Virus record (IMG/VR): IMGVR_UViG_3300042196_000297
Span: 1-51,204 of that record
From: a virus
Taxonomy: Duplodnaviria > Caudoviricetes
Strand: one strand, 5' to 3'
Length of the DNA: 51,204 bases
Numbering within the stretch: the first letter of the stretch is position 1; every line of letters starts with the position of its first letter. The position numbers were made by a program, and so were the translations under genes. The notes under the pieces are model-generated. The model ran no database searches and had not been told where the DNA came from. It worked only from the letters and a program-made list of their open reading frames with translations. Below are positions 1 through 8,806 of this stretch, piece by piece.

Positions 1-127
1 CGGCGAGGCGGGCGGTGACGCTGACGCGGGGGTCCACGCCGTCGGGGGGGAGGGTCACGGCTGCGCCTCGGGCCATGCCCGCTCGACGGCCCGGAGCCGG
101 GCCTCCCACGGGGCGCGCTCGTCCCGC
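1..127. repeat. Terminal direct repeat, identical to 51078-51204 (circular assembly overlap)
   Basis: The first 127 nt match the last 127 nt. 127 is a common assembler k-mer size. Confidence 0.95.
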
Positions 128-584
128 CGGAGGGCGAGTCGCCCCTCCGCCCGAGCACGGCGCATCGCGGCGTAGAGGCCACGTCGGGCCCCCGCGAACT
201 CCGCCACCATCTCGGGGCGGGTCACGGGAGCACCTCCCGCACCCTCGCCTCCCACGCCGCGGTCAGGGCCGCCGCCCGGGCCTGCATCTCCACCGACGGG
301 CCCGACCCGAGCCCCCGGGCCCGCTCCTCCGCCCACGCCCGATCCTCGGGCGTCGGGGCGAGGCGCGCGAGCGCGAGGATGGCCCGCGCCCGGAGCCACG
401 CCGGGCCATCGGCCCGGGGCCTCGTGGCACCAGGCCGCGTCCGCGCCCATCATGCCGGGTGGGTGGGAGCCACAGGACTCGTAGTGCCGCGTCGGCGGTC
501 CTCGCCTCCGCGCACGGTCACGCTCTTTTTGTTCGGCGCTCGTGTAGCCCGGGTTGACGGTCCGGGAGGCGGGGAGGGCTCGGG

Positions 585-800
585 TCACTCCATCCCCCAC
601 GGATCGAGCGTCAGGGTCGAGCGAACGTGCAGGGCGACGGCGCGCATCTCGGGTTCGCGCCACGCTTCGGCTTGCTCGTGGGCGCCGCAGAGGCCCGAGG
701 GCCGCGCGGGCTCGGGGCAGGCGTACCAGCCTCCCATCATCCAGCGCTGGCCGCGGCAGAAAGGGAGGGGGTGGACCCAGCGGGGGTGCGGGTAGGTCAC
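585..800 (-). CDS. Small Cys/His-containing hypothetical protein
   Basis: GTG start overlaps the methyltransferase stop; contains C..C..CGAH pattern. Confidence 0.5.
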   Translation of the reverse strand: MTYPHPRWVHPLPFCRGQRWMMGGWYACPEPARPSGLCGAHEQAEAWREPEMRAVALHVRSTLTLDPWGME

Positions 801-2251
801 AGGACATCTCCGAGGGTGGCTTGGACGCCGCCGCCGGCCTTGCGACGCGCGATGGTGTCGAGGTAGTGGAAAGATGCGTCGAGGCCGATGCCGAGGCGGC
901 CGAGGTCATGCGCGACCCGGACGGTGGTGCCGCTGCCCACGAAGGGGTCGAGGACGACGGCCGGCACGGGCTCGGCTGGGGGGCACGCGCACGTAGCACG
1001 CCAGCCAGATGTTGCCCGCCTAGTAGACATCGCTTGGCGGAACATCACCGTAGGACTTCGGCTCCGCGAGTGTCCGCCCGACTCCCGGGCGTACTCATCG
1101 TCCGGAACGCTGCTCTCTTGGCTGCCGATCTCCCGCAAGACTACCCGCGCCCACGGAGCCCCGCAGGCAGGACAGACCCCCTTCGCGCTCGTGCCCGCAA
1201 GGATGGCGCGGCGGGGTATTTCCTCGGTGAATGTGGCAAAGTGGGCGTCAGGTGTCGGGGTCGTGGCGAGATGCCAGACGTCGCGTTGGTTGCGGCCGGC
1301 GGGATGGAACGCGCCGGGCTCCCCGGGCTCCGGGGCCTGACGGCGGCCTCCCGCGTGCGGGCTCTCGGCGGTCTTGACACGGTGGAGTCCGCGATGAGGC
1401 GGGCCCCCCCCGGTCACTTCGGTCCACATAGGGGATTCCGCGACTGAACCGCCGTCCGCCGTCCGGTTCTGCTCCTTCGACGTATGCGGCTCCCGCACGG
1501 CATCCGCGTCGCAGTAGTAACTGTCGCTCTTGGCAAGCAGGAAGATGAACGAGTGCGAGCGCGTGGGCCGCCAGGAGCCGCGCCGGAGCACGAGGCCGTC
1601 GTTCTTCTCGCAGTCCTCGCAACCAGGACAGTCCTCCCACACCGCATGCGGCTGCTGTGCCACCGGTCCGGAGGACTCCCGCCTATTGCCCGTACCGGAA
1701 GCGCGTGCGTCGTGGATGGTGCGATCTGGCGCCGGGGCCACCTTGCTCCTATGCTGCTGCCACGCCCATCCGCTGATCGATTCCGGCATACATCCCTTCT
1801 TGGCCCACACGACGTCGGAACGGAGGTACCACCCGTCGTCGCGGAGGGCAAAGGCCACGGCCCACGGGATGCCGAGCAGGTCGAGCGGCTTGGCCGCGCC
1901 GTAGTCGTTCTGCCACTTGCCCACGGGGGTCTCGCCGGTGCCGTCGGGCATTCCGTGGTCGTTCTCGCTCTTGGCGAACCCGCCCGTACCGGCAAATGAA
2001 TCGCCCAGCTCGAGCCAGCACGTTCCGTCGTCGCGGAGCACGCGCCGGACCTCGCGGAAGACCTCTACGATATGGGCAACGTAGAGCGCGGGGGAAGGTT
2101 CGTTGCCGAGCAGGCCGCGCCAGCCGTCGGCCCACGTCGAGGGCTCAACGCCCTTGTAGACACGGAGACCGAAGAAGGGAGGGGAAGTGACGACACAATG
2201 GACCGAGCCGTCGCGGAGCGGCAGTCGTCTCGCGCTCCCGTGGATCAGCAT
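797..2251 (-). CDS. DNA methyltransferase, N4-C/N6-A beta class, with Cys-rich insertions
   Basis: Catalytic VTSPPF near the N-terminus, HFATF, and C-terminal SAM-binding motif VLDPFVGSGTT. Confidence 0.9.
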   Translation of the reverse strand: MLIHGSARRLPLRDGSVHCVVTSPPFFGLRVYKGVEPSTWADGWRGLLGNEPSPALYVAHIVEVFREVRRVLRDDGTCWLELGDSFAGTGGFAKSENDHGMPDGTGETPVGKWQNDYGAAKPLDLLGIPWAVAFALRDDGWYLRSDVVWAKKGCMPESISGWAWQQHRSKVAPAPDRTIHDARASGTGNRRESSGPVAQQPHAVWEDCPGCEDCEKNDGLVLRRGSWRPTRSHSFIFLLAKSDSYYCDADAVREPHTSKEQNRTADGGSVAESPMWTEVTGGGPPHRGLHRVKTAESPHAGGRRQAPEPGEPGAFHPAGRNQRDVWHLATTPTPDAHFATFTEEIPRRAILAGTSAKGVCPACGAPWARVVLREIGSQESSVPDDEYARESGGHSRSRSPTVMFRQAMSTRRATSGWRATCACPPAEPVPAVVLDPFVGSGTTVRVAHDLGRLGIGLDASFHYLDTIARRKAGGGVQATLGDVL

Positions 2252-2252
2252 G

Positions 2253-2666
2253 TCACTGCCCTCCGAGCCGGGAAGACACGCGTCGCCCGATCCAGGCCAT
2301 CACGGGAACGACCATGCTGTTCCCGAGGGCGCGGTAGCGGGGGCTGTCGCGGGCTGGCGCGCCCCGGTAGGGGATGAGCGTATGGTCATCGGGGAATCCC
2401 ATGAGGCGCTCGCACTCTCGTGGGGTTAGTCGTCGGACGCCGAGCGACGTCCTCAACAAGGGTACGCCATCCATCTTGGGTTGCCCGTGCGAAGCACCCA
2501 CCGTCTCGACCACGAACGTCTCGTTGTCTTCCTCGCTCCGGCTCGGATGGGCGTTCAGGGAATGTGCGATCAACCGACCACCTTGCGCGTCGTTGTCGTC
2601 TGCCCCGCCCCCCGAAGCCCGGCCACCGCCCTCAGCGCCGCGAGTAAGTCCGGCCGCAACGTTCAC
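2253..2666 (-). CDS. C-terminal part of a C5-cytosine DNA methyltransferase (motifs IX-X only)
   Basis: VRRLTPRECERLMGFPDD and RYRALGNSMVVPVM are present. Motif I (FxGxG) and the catalytic PC motif are absent. Confidence 0.75.
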   Translation of the reverse strand: MNVAAGLTRGAEGGGRASGGGADDNDAQGGRLIAHSLNAHPSRSEEDNETFVVETVGASHGQPKMDGVPLLRTSLGVRRLTPRECERLMGFPDDHTLIPYRGAPARDSPRYRALGNSMVVPVMAWIGRRVSSRLGGQ

Positions 2667-2761
2667 CTTCGTTTCGCCGCCCGGCGCAGGATCCCGACGC
2701 AGGCTCTCGGGCTCAAGAAGTACCGGCGCGCGACCGGCCGCCGCTTCTTGGGCTTCACCAT
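2663..2761 (-). CDS. 32-aa basic peptide resembling an internal segment of phage C5 methyltransferases
   Basis: AGGAGG RBS before ATG; YFLSPRACVGILRRA segment. Confidence 0.5.
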   Translation of the reverse strand: MVKPKKRRPVARRYFLSPRACVGILRRAAKRR

Positions 2762-2793
2762 GACACCTCCTAGCCTCACCAGAGGCCGCGCGG

Positions 2794-2821
2794 ACACTAC
2801 CACGTCGGCGCGCATCGTCAA
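2794..2821 (-). promoter_or_regulatory. Sigma70-type leftward promoter
   Basis: TTGACG-16 nt-TAGTGT with an extended -10 TG, upstream of the RBS of the gene starting at 2761. Confidence 0.6.
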
Positions 2822-3047
2822 GAAGAATCCGCGCAAAATTTTTCGTGTGAGGGGAAGTGCCGCGCTTCCCGGTGGATCACCCCCGGGGGAGGAGCGACGT
2901 GGCGGCACGGTGCGCGGCGACCGTGAGGAGAGCCTACCCCGGGCGGGGGACGCGCCTCGGGCCGCGGGCCGCTCCCCGAAAAGGGCCGACGTAAGTTATG
3001 TTCCGGTATAGCGTTAGAAGAATCCGCGAAGAATCTTCGCGTTTTCC

Positions 3048-3075
3048 TTGACACGCGCCGGGCGCGTGCTATACT
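3048..3075 (+). promoter_or_regulatory. Strong sigma70-type rightward promoter, probably leaderless, with a palindromic operator
   Basis: TTGACA-16 nt-TATACT with extended TG. The palindrome CACGCGCC-G-GGCGCGTG spans the spacer. ATG begins 7 nt after the -10 box. Confidence 0.8.
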
Positions 3076-3081
3076 TTGGCC

Positions 3082-3894
3082 ATGGATACGACCTCGACCC
3101 GCGCGACCTGGGCCCGCCTCCGCGACGGATCCTGGGGCGCCCGGTGCGCCCCCTCGGTCGCCCGCGTGGGCGTCCGTCTCGTCCTCCTCGCGGCCTCGGG
3201 CCGCGAGACCACCGTGGAGGTGACGGCCCTCGTCGCCTCCTTCCCGAACGCCGCGCTCGTGCGGGTCCGGGAGATCCCCTCGACGCGGCCGGCCCCGGTC
3301 GCCTCCGCGCCCGCCCCGGCCCCCGCCGCCCGCCGGGCGGCCCCCGCCCCCTCGGGAGTGCGCCGGAACGCCCGGCCCGCCCCGTGCGATCGCTGCGACC
3401 GCTCCCTCCCCGCCGGCGCGGGCAGCCTCTGGCGCTGCCTCGGATCCTCCTCGGGCTGCCAGGCCCACTGGGACGGCGGCGACGACGGCTCCGAGGGCGG
3501 CTGGCACGTGTCGTGCCCGCCCGCCCAGGCGGCCGCCTGCGCGGCCCGGGCGGCCGAGCGGGTCGCGGACGCGCGCGCGGCGCAGGCCGCCGAGGCCGCG
3601 CGCGTCGCCGCCCGGACCGCGCTCCGCGGCGTCTGCGTCCGGCCTGCCCCCGAGGGCGCACGGACACTGGTGGACCCCGCCCCCGCCGACCGGCCGCCCC
3701 TCGGGGAGCCGGTCGAGACCGTCTGGCTCGGCCGCCGGACCGCGGGGTCCGAGCGGCTCTACCTCGGTCCCGCGGGGTATTGTTACGTGGAGTCGTCCTA
3801 CGACGACTGCCACGAGTGGTACGGCCTCCGCACCCCCGCCCTCGACGCGGCGGTGGCCGCCTACCGCGCCCTGGCGGGGGCGGTGGCCCCGTGA
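3082..3894 (+). CDS. Early hypothetical protein with a Zn-binding motif
   Basis: First gene after the promoter; RNARPAPCDRC...C...C..H...WHVSC. Confidence 0.7.
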   Translation: MDTTSTRATWARLRDGSWGARCAPSVARVGVRLVLLAASGRETTVEVTALVASFPNAALVRVREIPSTRPAPVASAPAPAPAARRAAPAPSGVRRNARPAPCDRCDRSLPAGAGSLWRCLGSSSGCQAHWDGGDDGSEGGWHVSCPPAQAAACAARAAERVADARAAQAAEAARVAARTALRGVCVRPAPEGARTLVDPAPADRPPLGEPVETVWLGRRTAGSERLYLGPAGYCYVESSYDDCHEWYGLRTPALDAAVAAYRALAGAVAP

Positions 3895-4085
3895 CCGCCC
3901 CCACCCCGGGCTACGAGGCCGCGGTCGCCCGCGGCTACCTCGCCCTCCTGGCCGGGACCGCTCCTGGCCAGGCCGCCCTCCGCTCGCTCGGCTACCGGCC
4001 GGGCGAGCAGCCCCGGACCGCCCACGCGGCGGTCCGCATGGCCGAGGAGGTGGCCCAGCACCTCCTGCGCCGTCTTGCCCCATGA
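3891..4085 (+). CDS. Small hypothetical protein
   Basis: GTGA overlap with the upstream stop; reads VTAPTPGYEAAVARGYL... Confidence 0.55.
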   Translation: MTAPTPGYEAAVARGYLALLAGTAPGQAALRSLGYRPGEQPRTAHAAVRMAEEVAQHLLRRLAP

Positions 4086-4119
4086 CCCCGCCGCCCCCCG
4101 GGGCGGCAGAAAGGATCCC

Positions 4120-5142
4120 ATGACCCCTCCCACCCACGTATTGCTCGGGGCGTCGGACCCCGAGATGGAAGCGATCGAGGCGCTGGCCCGCGCGGCCGGC
4201 CTCTCGGTCTACTACGCCGCCGTCCGCGGCCCGGACGTCTCCCTGCGGCGCGTCGGCGCCGGGGAGGCCTACCGGGCCGCGCACGCCTCCCGGCTCCAGC
4301 CGGGAGACGACCGGCCCGTCGACCCCGAGGCCCTGGCCCGCGCGACGGGCCGGGTCCTCCGCGTCGAGTGCGACGCGGCCCCCGGGTCCTTCCTCGCCCG
4401 CACCCTCGGGCAGGCGGACGTGGTCGTCTGCGACCACCACCGCCCCGGGGACTCCGGCTTCGGCCGGCCCCCGGCGGAGTACCTGCCCGCCTCCGCCATC
4501 GGGCAGGTGGCCGCCGCCCTCGCGGAGCGGCTCCCGTGGCCCGCGGCGGTGGACTGCGCCCTCTCCGTCGGCCACCCCGGCGGGTGGGTCCTGGTGGACG
4601 GAGACCAGGACTACGCCGGGCTCGTCTGGGTCCTGGGCCGGGCCGACGGGTCCACCGTCGTCCCGCCGAACGACCTCCTCCTCCTGGCGGCGTCCGATCA
4701 CTGTCCGGCCGCCGCGTACCGGGGCCGGTGCCCCGGCGTGGACCCGGACCAGCTCCGGGACTGGCGCGCTCGGACGCGCGCCGCCTTCCAGCGCCGCTCG
4801 ATGGAGGCGGTGCTGGCGGACGTGGAGTCCGCCTGTGCCGCCATCCTCGAGGCCCCTGGGGTCCGGCTCGCCTCCTCCCGGTCGGGGCACTGCGGGTGCG
4901 ACGTCCGGGACCTCCGCGGACGCTACGTCCCCGAGCTCCCCGAGGCGTCGCTTCGCCTCGGACTCCCCGTCCTCGTTGACGGGCTCCCCGGCCCGGACGG
5001 CCGGAAGAAGGTCGTCCTCGTCGGCGACGAGGACGGCGACGCCGTGCGCGCCTTCCTCGGCGACTGGGCCGCCGGGCAGGGCCTCACGGACCTCTACGGG
5101 GACCCCGCCCGCGGTTTCGCGGGCGGGTACCTCCCCGCCTGA
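4120..5142 (+). CDS. DHH-motif protein (possible phosphoesterase-like)
   Basis: AAAGGA RBS; LGASDPEM, VVCDHH and ASDH motifs. Confidence 0.6.
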   Translation: MTPPTHVLLGASDPEMEAIEALARAAGLSVYYAAVRGPDVSLRRVGAGEAYRAAHASRLQPGDDRPVDPEALARATGRVLRVECDAAPGSFLARTLGQADVVVCDHHRPGDSGFGRPPAEYLPASAIGQVAAALAERLPWPAAVDCALSVGHPGGWVLVDGDQDYAGLVWVLGRADGSTVVPPNDLLLLAASDHCPAAAYRGRCPGVDPDQLRDWRARTRAAFQRRSMEAVLADVESACAAILEAPGVRLASSRSGHCGCDVRDLRGRYVPELPEASLRLGLPVLVDGLPGPDGRKKVVLVGDEDGDAVRAFLGDWAAGQGLTDLYGDPARGFAGGYLPA

Positions 5143-5196
5143 CCTCTTCCCCCCGGGGGCCGCACCTCGCGGCCCCCCTCCCCCGAAAGGAACTCC

Positions 5197-5916
5197 ATGA
5201 CCCCCGCCGACGACGTCCTCGCCTACCACTGGGCCGACACGACCCTCTTTGACGGGCGCCCCCTGCCCGCGAAGGGGCACACCCTCGTCCACGACGGCCC
5301 CGTGGTGCCCTGCAAGTCGGGGTGCCACGGCAGCGAGTCTCCCCGGGACGCGCTGCGGTGGGCTCCCGGGCTGTGGTGCGCCCGGGTGCGCCTCCACGGC
5401 ACCGTGGTCCCCCACGGCGTCCCCGTGGACAAGCACGCGGCCTCCCACCGGACGTATCTCTCGGGGTACGTGGACGCGACGGCCGCCGTCCTCGGCTGGC
5501 TGCGCGGCGTCGTGCTGCGCGCCGCGCGGGTGCACGCGGCATCCGCGTGCGACCGGGTGGGACTGGCGGAGTCGGCGGCATCGCTCCGCGCCATCCCCGA
5601 CGAGGCGGAGTGGGAGACGCTGAAGCGCGTCTGCCTCGCCGCCGCCGCCGCCGCCAACGCCGCCGCCGCCAACGCCGCCGCCGCCGCCAACGCCGCCGCC
5701 GCCAACGCCGCCGACGCCGATTGGTCCTTCGCCGCCGACTGGTCCGCCGCCGACGCGGCGTACTGGTCCGCCGCCGCCACCTTCCGCGCCGCCGCCAACG
5801 CCGCCGACGCGGCGTACTGGTCCGCCGCAGATGATGCCGCCGACGCCGATCGCGCCCAGGAGGTCGCCCGCCAGGACGCCGACCTCCGGGCCGTGCTCGA
5901 CCTCATCCTCGTCTGA
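5197..5916 (+). CDS. Hypothetical phage protein with an Ala-rich repeat C-terminus
   Basis: AAAGGA RBS; N-terminal PCKSGCHGS motif; AANAAA and AADAAYWSA repeats. Confidence 0.75.
   Translation: MTPADDVLAYHWADTTLFDGRPLPAKGHTLVHDGPVVPCKSGCHGSESPRDALRWAPGLWCARVRLHGTVVPHGVPVDKHAASHRTYLSGYVDATAAVLGWLRGVVLRAARVHAASACDRVGLAESAASLRAIPDEAEWETLKRVCLAAAAAANAAAANAAAAANAAAANAADADWSFAADWSAADAAYWSAAATFRAAANAADAAYWSAADDAADADRAQEVARQDADLRAVLDLILV
5637..5850 (+). repeat. GCC/AAC-rich coding tandem repeats
   Basis: GCCGCCAAC arrays and duplicated GCCGACGCGGCGTACTGGTCCGCCGC. Confidence 0.85.
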
Positions 5917-6249
5917 CCCCAGACGCATGGCTTTGTGTTCTCGGCCGAAGTCAGGCGCTGCTGAATGGCGCCCAGGATGCCCTTACGGGCTGGGACGGTG
6001 TGCAGCTCCGAGAGGGCATCGTCTGCGCGATCGTGGAGGCCGAGGGTTGGGACCTCGACGCCCTCGACGAGACAATCGACCACTCCTGGGACAGCTCCGC
6101 CACGCGCGATGCGATGGCCTTGTGGGTCGAGCGGGGTCCGACGGCGAAGGAGCCCGCATGAGCCCCTGCCCGAAGTTCGAAGCGTGGCTGATGGGCTTCC
6201 TGGCACCGCCCGAGTGGCCCGAGGACCTCAGGGTCCGGGAATTCCCCCG

Positions 6250-6537
6250 ATGAGCCCACTCAGGGAGGAGGAGGAGCCCGAGGTCGAGACCCTGGTAGCC
6301 GCCGCCGTCGAGTACGCCGCGGCCGTGGCCGCGCGCACGGAAGTGACGCTCGACCCTGGGGGCAATGCCACCCACCGGAGGGTCCTGCGCGCGCAGGACG
6401 CCCTCGCCAAGGCCGCCGTCGCCGTCGCCGCCACCGCCTCCGCCCGTCTCCAGGAGCGTGAGCGGCAGGACACCGACCTACGGGCTGTCCTCGACGCCGC
6501 CCTCGGTCCCGTCCTTGACCCGAAGGAGACTCCATGA
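6250..6537 (+). CDS. Hypothetical helical protein
   Basis: MSPLREEEEPEVET...; its stop overlaps the next ATG. Confidence 0.6.
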   Translation: MSPLREEEEPEVETLVAAAVEYAAAVAARTEVTLDPGGNATHRRVLRAQDALAKAAVAVAATASARLQERERQDTDLRAVLDAALGPVLDPKETP

Positions 6538-6914
6538 GCACCCCCGATCCCCTCGCTCCTGAAAGGAATCTCTCAGTGACCTACTACGCCTACCACACCC
6601 ACCCCCGCAAAGTATGCGACATCGCCTATGACCTCGGCGCGGTCGCGGTCCGCAGCTTCGGCCGCGCGGGCGACCGCGATGCTTGGGTCGAGGAGCGCCC
6701 CGAGTATCGGGCCTCGCTCCCGGCGGGGCGGGCTGAGGCCCTCCTCGCCGAGCGGCCGGCCCTGGCCGGCCAGGGCGAGGCACTCTTCGTCCGCGTTTCG
6801 GCCGAGCTGCTCGCCCGGCTGGACACCGAGGTCGAGCGCCGCACCCGCGCCGGGCCGCGCGTCACCCGCTCCGACGTGGCGCGAGACCTCCTCACGCGGG
6901 GGCTCGCGGGGTAG
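6534..6914 (+). CDS. Protein with a C-terminal ribbon-helix-helix (Arc/CopG-like) DNA-binding domain
   Basis: LFVRVSAELLARLD...VTRSDVARDLLTRGL matches the RHH pattern; AAGGAG RBS. Confidence 0.7.
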   Translation: MSTPDPLAPERNLSVTYYAYHTHPRKVCDIAYDLGAVAVRSFGRAGDRDAWVEERPEYRASLPAGRAEALLAERPALAGQGEALFVRVSAELLARLDTEVERRTRAGPRVTRSDVARDLLTRGLAG

Positions 6915-6916
6915 GT

Positions 6917-7567
6917 CTACCGTTCGGGAGGAGGGTACTCCTGCGACCGACGGGCGCGTTCGGCCCGGCGCCGGCCGATCCACGCCGCCACCGCCCAGCC
7001 GGCGCCGATGAGCAGCCCGAGCGCCACGAGGCCGAGGGCGATGGGGAGCACGAGGCGGGTCAGCGCGCCGCGCAGGCCCGAGCCCTCGCCCGTGGCGGCC
7101 TCGGCCACGCCAGCGAGGTCCGAGGCGAAGCGGTCCGCGATCTCGCCGGCCTGCTCGCCCGCCCGTTCCTGGCGCACGGCTAGGATCTCGGCCAGGTGGT
7201 CGATTTCGCCGTGGAGGGCGGTCAGCATCTCGCGCTGGCGCCGCTCGCTGATCTGCTCGACCTGCGCGAGCGAGACCTGCATCGCCAGCGTGACCTCGTG
7301 GAGGCGCTCGGTCATGTGGCCGTTGGCGCGGGCCTCGAGCGCGTCGAGGCGGTCGGCGGTCCGGTCGATCAGGTGCTCGCCGATCTTCTCGGCCGAGGCG
7401 CAGCCGCACGTGGCAATGGCGAGGGCGGCGCAGATGAGGCCGAGGACGACGCCGAGGAGCCCGTCGCGCAGGAAAGTGCCCTCGCGGGTTCCGGGAGCGG
7501 CCCGGAGGCCCGCGGGGGCGAATGGGCGACCGTGCCTCACGGCGCGGCCCGTGGAAGAAAACACCAT
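6917..7567 (-). CDS. Membrane lipoprotein candidate with a C-terminal TM helix (spanin-like topology); start uncertain
   Basis: Hydrophobic segment ending ATCGC, helical middle, then LVLPIALGLVALGLLIGAGWAVAAWI and a basic tail. Confidence 0.6.
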   Translation of the reverse strand: MVFSSTGRAVRHGRPFAPAGLRAAPGTREGTFLRDGLLGVVLGLICAALAIATCGCASAEKIGEHLIDRTADRLDALEARANGHMTERLHEVTLAMQVSLAQVEQISERRQREMLTALHGEIDHLAEILAVRQERAGEQAGEIADRFASDLAGVAEAATGEGSGLRGALTRLVLPIALGLVALGLLIGAGWAVAAWIGRRRAERARRSQEYPPPER

Positions 7568-8001
7568 GCGGGGGCACCGCAGGGCAGAAGGTTCAGGTGC
7601 GAGCACGGAGCCGGCGCGCGCGCTTCTGGCGCTTGGCCTTGCGGATCGCGGCGCGAGCGTTATGGAGGTTCATTAACGGATCTCCGGGGGCGGCAAGTGG
7701 CGCGAACGGTTCCGGGGGCTGTGCGGAGGACGTTCGCGCCGGAGGATCGGCCGGCGCTCACGCGACGGTCCTACATCTCGTCAAAGAGCAGCGACGCGGC
7801 CCGTCGGCCGCGTGGCAGGAAGGACGGGGAGACCCCCGCCGTGGATCGCGCGCTCCCTGGGGGCTGGGAGAGGAGACACAGCCGAACGGTTGAACGGCTG
7901 GGGCGCGCCCCTCATGGCAGGCGCACCGCGGCGCTTGGGGGGCTCTCGCGGCTTACCCCCGGACGCTCGCCCGGCGCAGCCGAGCGAGGCGGTCGTCAGT
8001 G

Positions 8002-8346
8002 TCACGGCTTGGCCCCTCGCTTCGGCCGCGCCTTGGGGGCGCGCTTGGCCCCCTTGCCGGTCGGGATGAAAGGGGCGCAGGGCTCGATGTCGAGCGGAAG
8101 TTCCGCCGTCGCGTACCCGCACCGCTGGCAGGTGCGGCGCAGGTGGGGGACCAGGACGAGCGGGTCGCCCCCGATGCGGGAGCCGCCGCGATCGTACGTC
8201 GTGAGGCGCATGCGGCGGTCGTCCCGGTCCGGCGCCCCGCAGGCGGGGCACTTGGACCCCGCCCGGAAGGGCGGGACGCTGATCAGCTCGGGCTCTGGCG
8301 TCGCTGCCCGGCTTTCGGCAGAGGATCCGCCCACGAAGGGAATCAC
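8002..8346 (-). CDS. Zn-ribbon protein
   Basis: CPACG...CQRCG; GTGA overlap with the upstream gene. Confidence 0.6.
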   Translation of the reverse strand: MIPFVGGSSAESRAATPEPELISVPPFRAGSKCPACGAPDRDDRRMRLTTYDRGGSRIGGDPLVLVPHLRRTCQRCGYATAELPLDIEPCAPFIPTGKGAKRAPKARPKRGAKP

Positions 8347-8645
8347 GGCGTTGGCCCCTCGGCGGGAGGGGCCCGCTCCCCGAAGGTCACGGCCTTGTCG
8401 GCCTGGAGGGTGAACGTCTTGTCGAGCAAGACCTTCCCGTCCGGATCGCGCACGACCAGACGCAACGACGTGTCCGCGCCGAGGGCGGTGAGCGTACCGC
8501 TCACCTTGGGTGGGAGGGACTTCGTGACCTCGACGTGGGCGCGGACCGCCCCGTGGCCTTCGGCGTCGAAGACGTAGCGCCGGTCAGAGACGCAGGCGCC
8601 GAGGGCGAGGATGAGGACGAGCGGGAGGAGGGCGAGATGCTTCAT
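8343..8645 (-). CDS. Small lipoprotein
   Basis: Signal peptide MKHLALLPLVLILALGAC with an LGAC lipobox. Confidence 0.75.
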   Translation of the reverse strand: MKHLALLPLVLILALGACVSDRRYVFDAEGHGAVRAHVEVTKSLPPKVSGTLTALGADTSLRLVVRDPDGKVLLDKTFTLQADKAVTFGERAPPAEGPTP

Positions 8646-8806
8646 GGGGTTAGTCCTTGTACGTGCCGCCGATGACCCGCGCGAGATTGCGCGCGAAGCG
8701 GCGGGCAGGGTTTCAAAGTGCCGGACCTTCAGGCCGCCGCGGATGCTCGCGAGGTGCACGGCGTAGCCGTAGCGCGTCGTGATGAGCGAGACGTAGTTGC
8801 GGCGGT

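Noticed and set aside
1-127. Biological terminal repeat
   Set aside because: The length equals a standard assembly k-mer and the repeat cuts through genes, so it is most likely a circularisation artefact.
1575-1785. Intein in the methyltransferase
   Set aside because: No C-terminal HN-(C/S/T) splice motif and too short.
5637-5850. DGR template/variable repeat (AAC-rich)
   Set aside because: No reverse transcriptase is recognisable and there is no second copy differing only at adenines.
2818-5928. 1036-aa minus-strand ORF and similar long Arg/Gly/Pro-rich ORFs (e.g. 26865-29783, 13712-15520)
   Set aside because: Shadow frames of real genes in high-GC DNA; no motifs or RBS.
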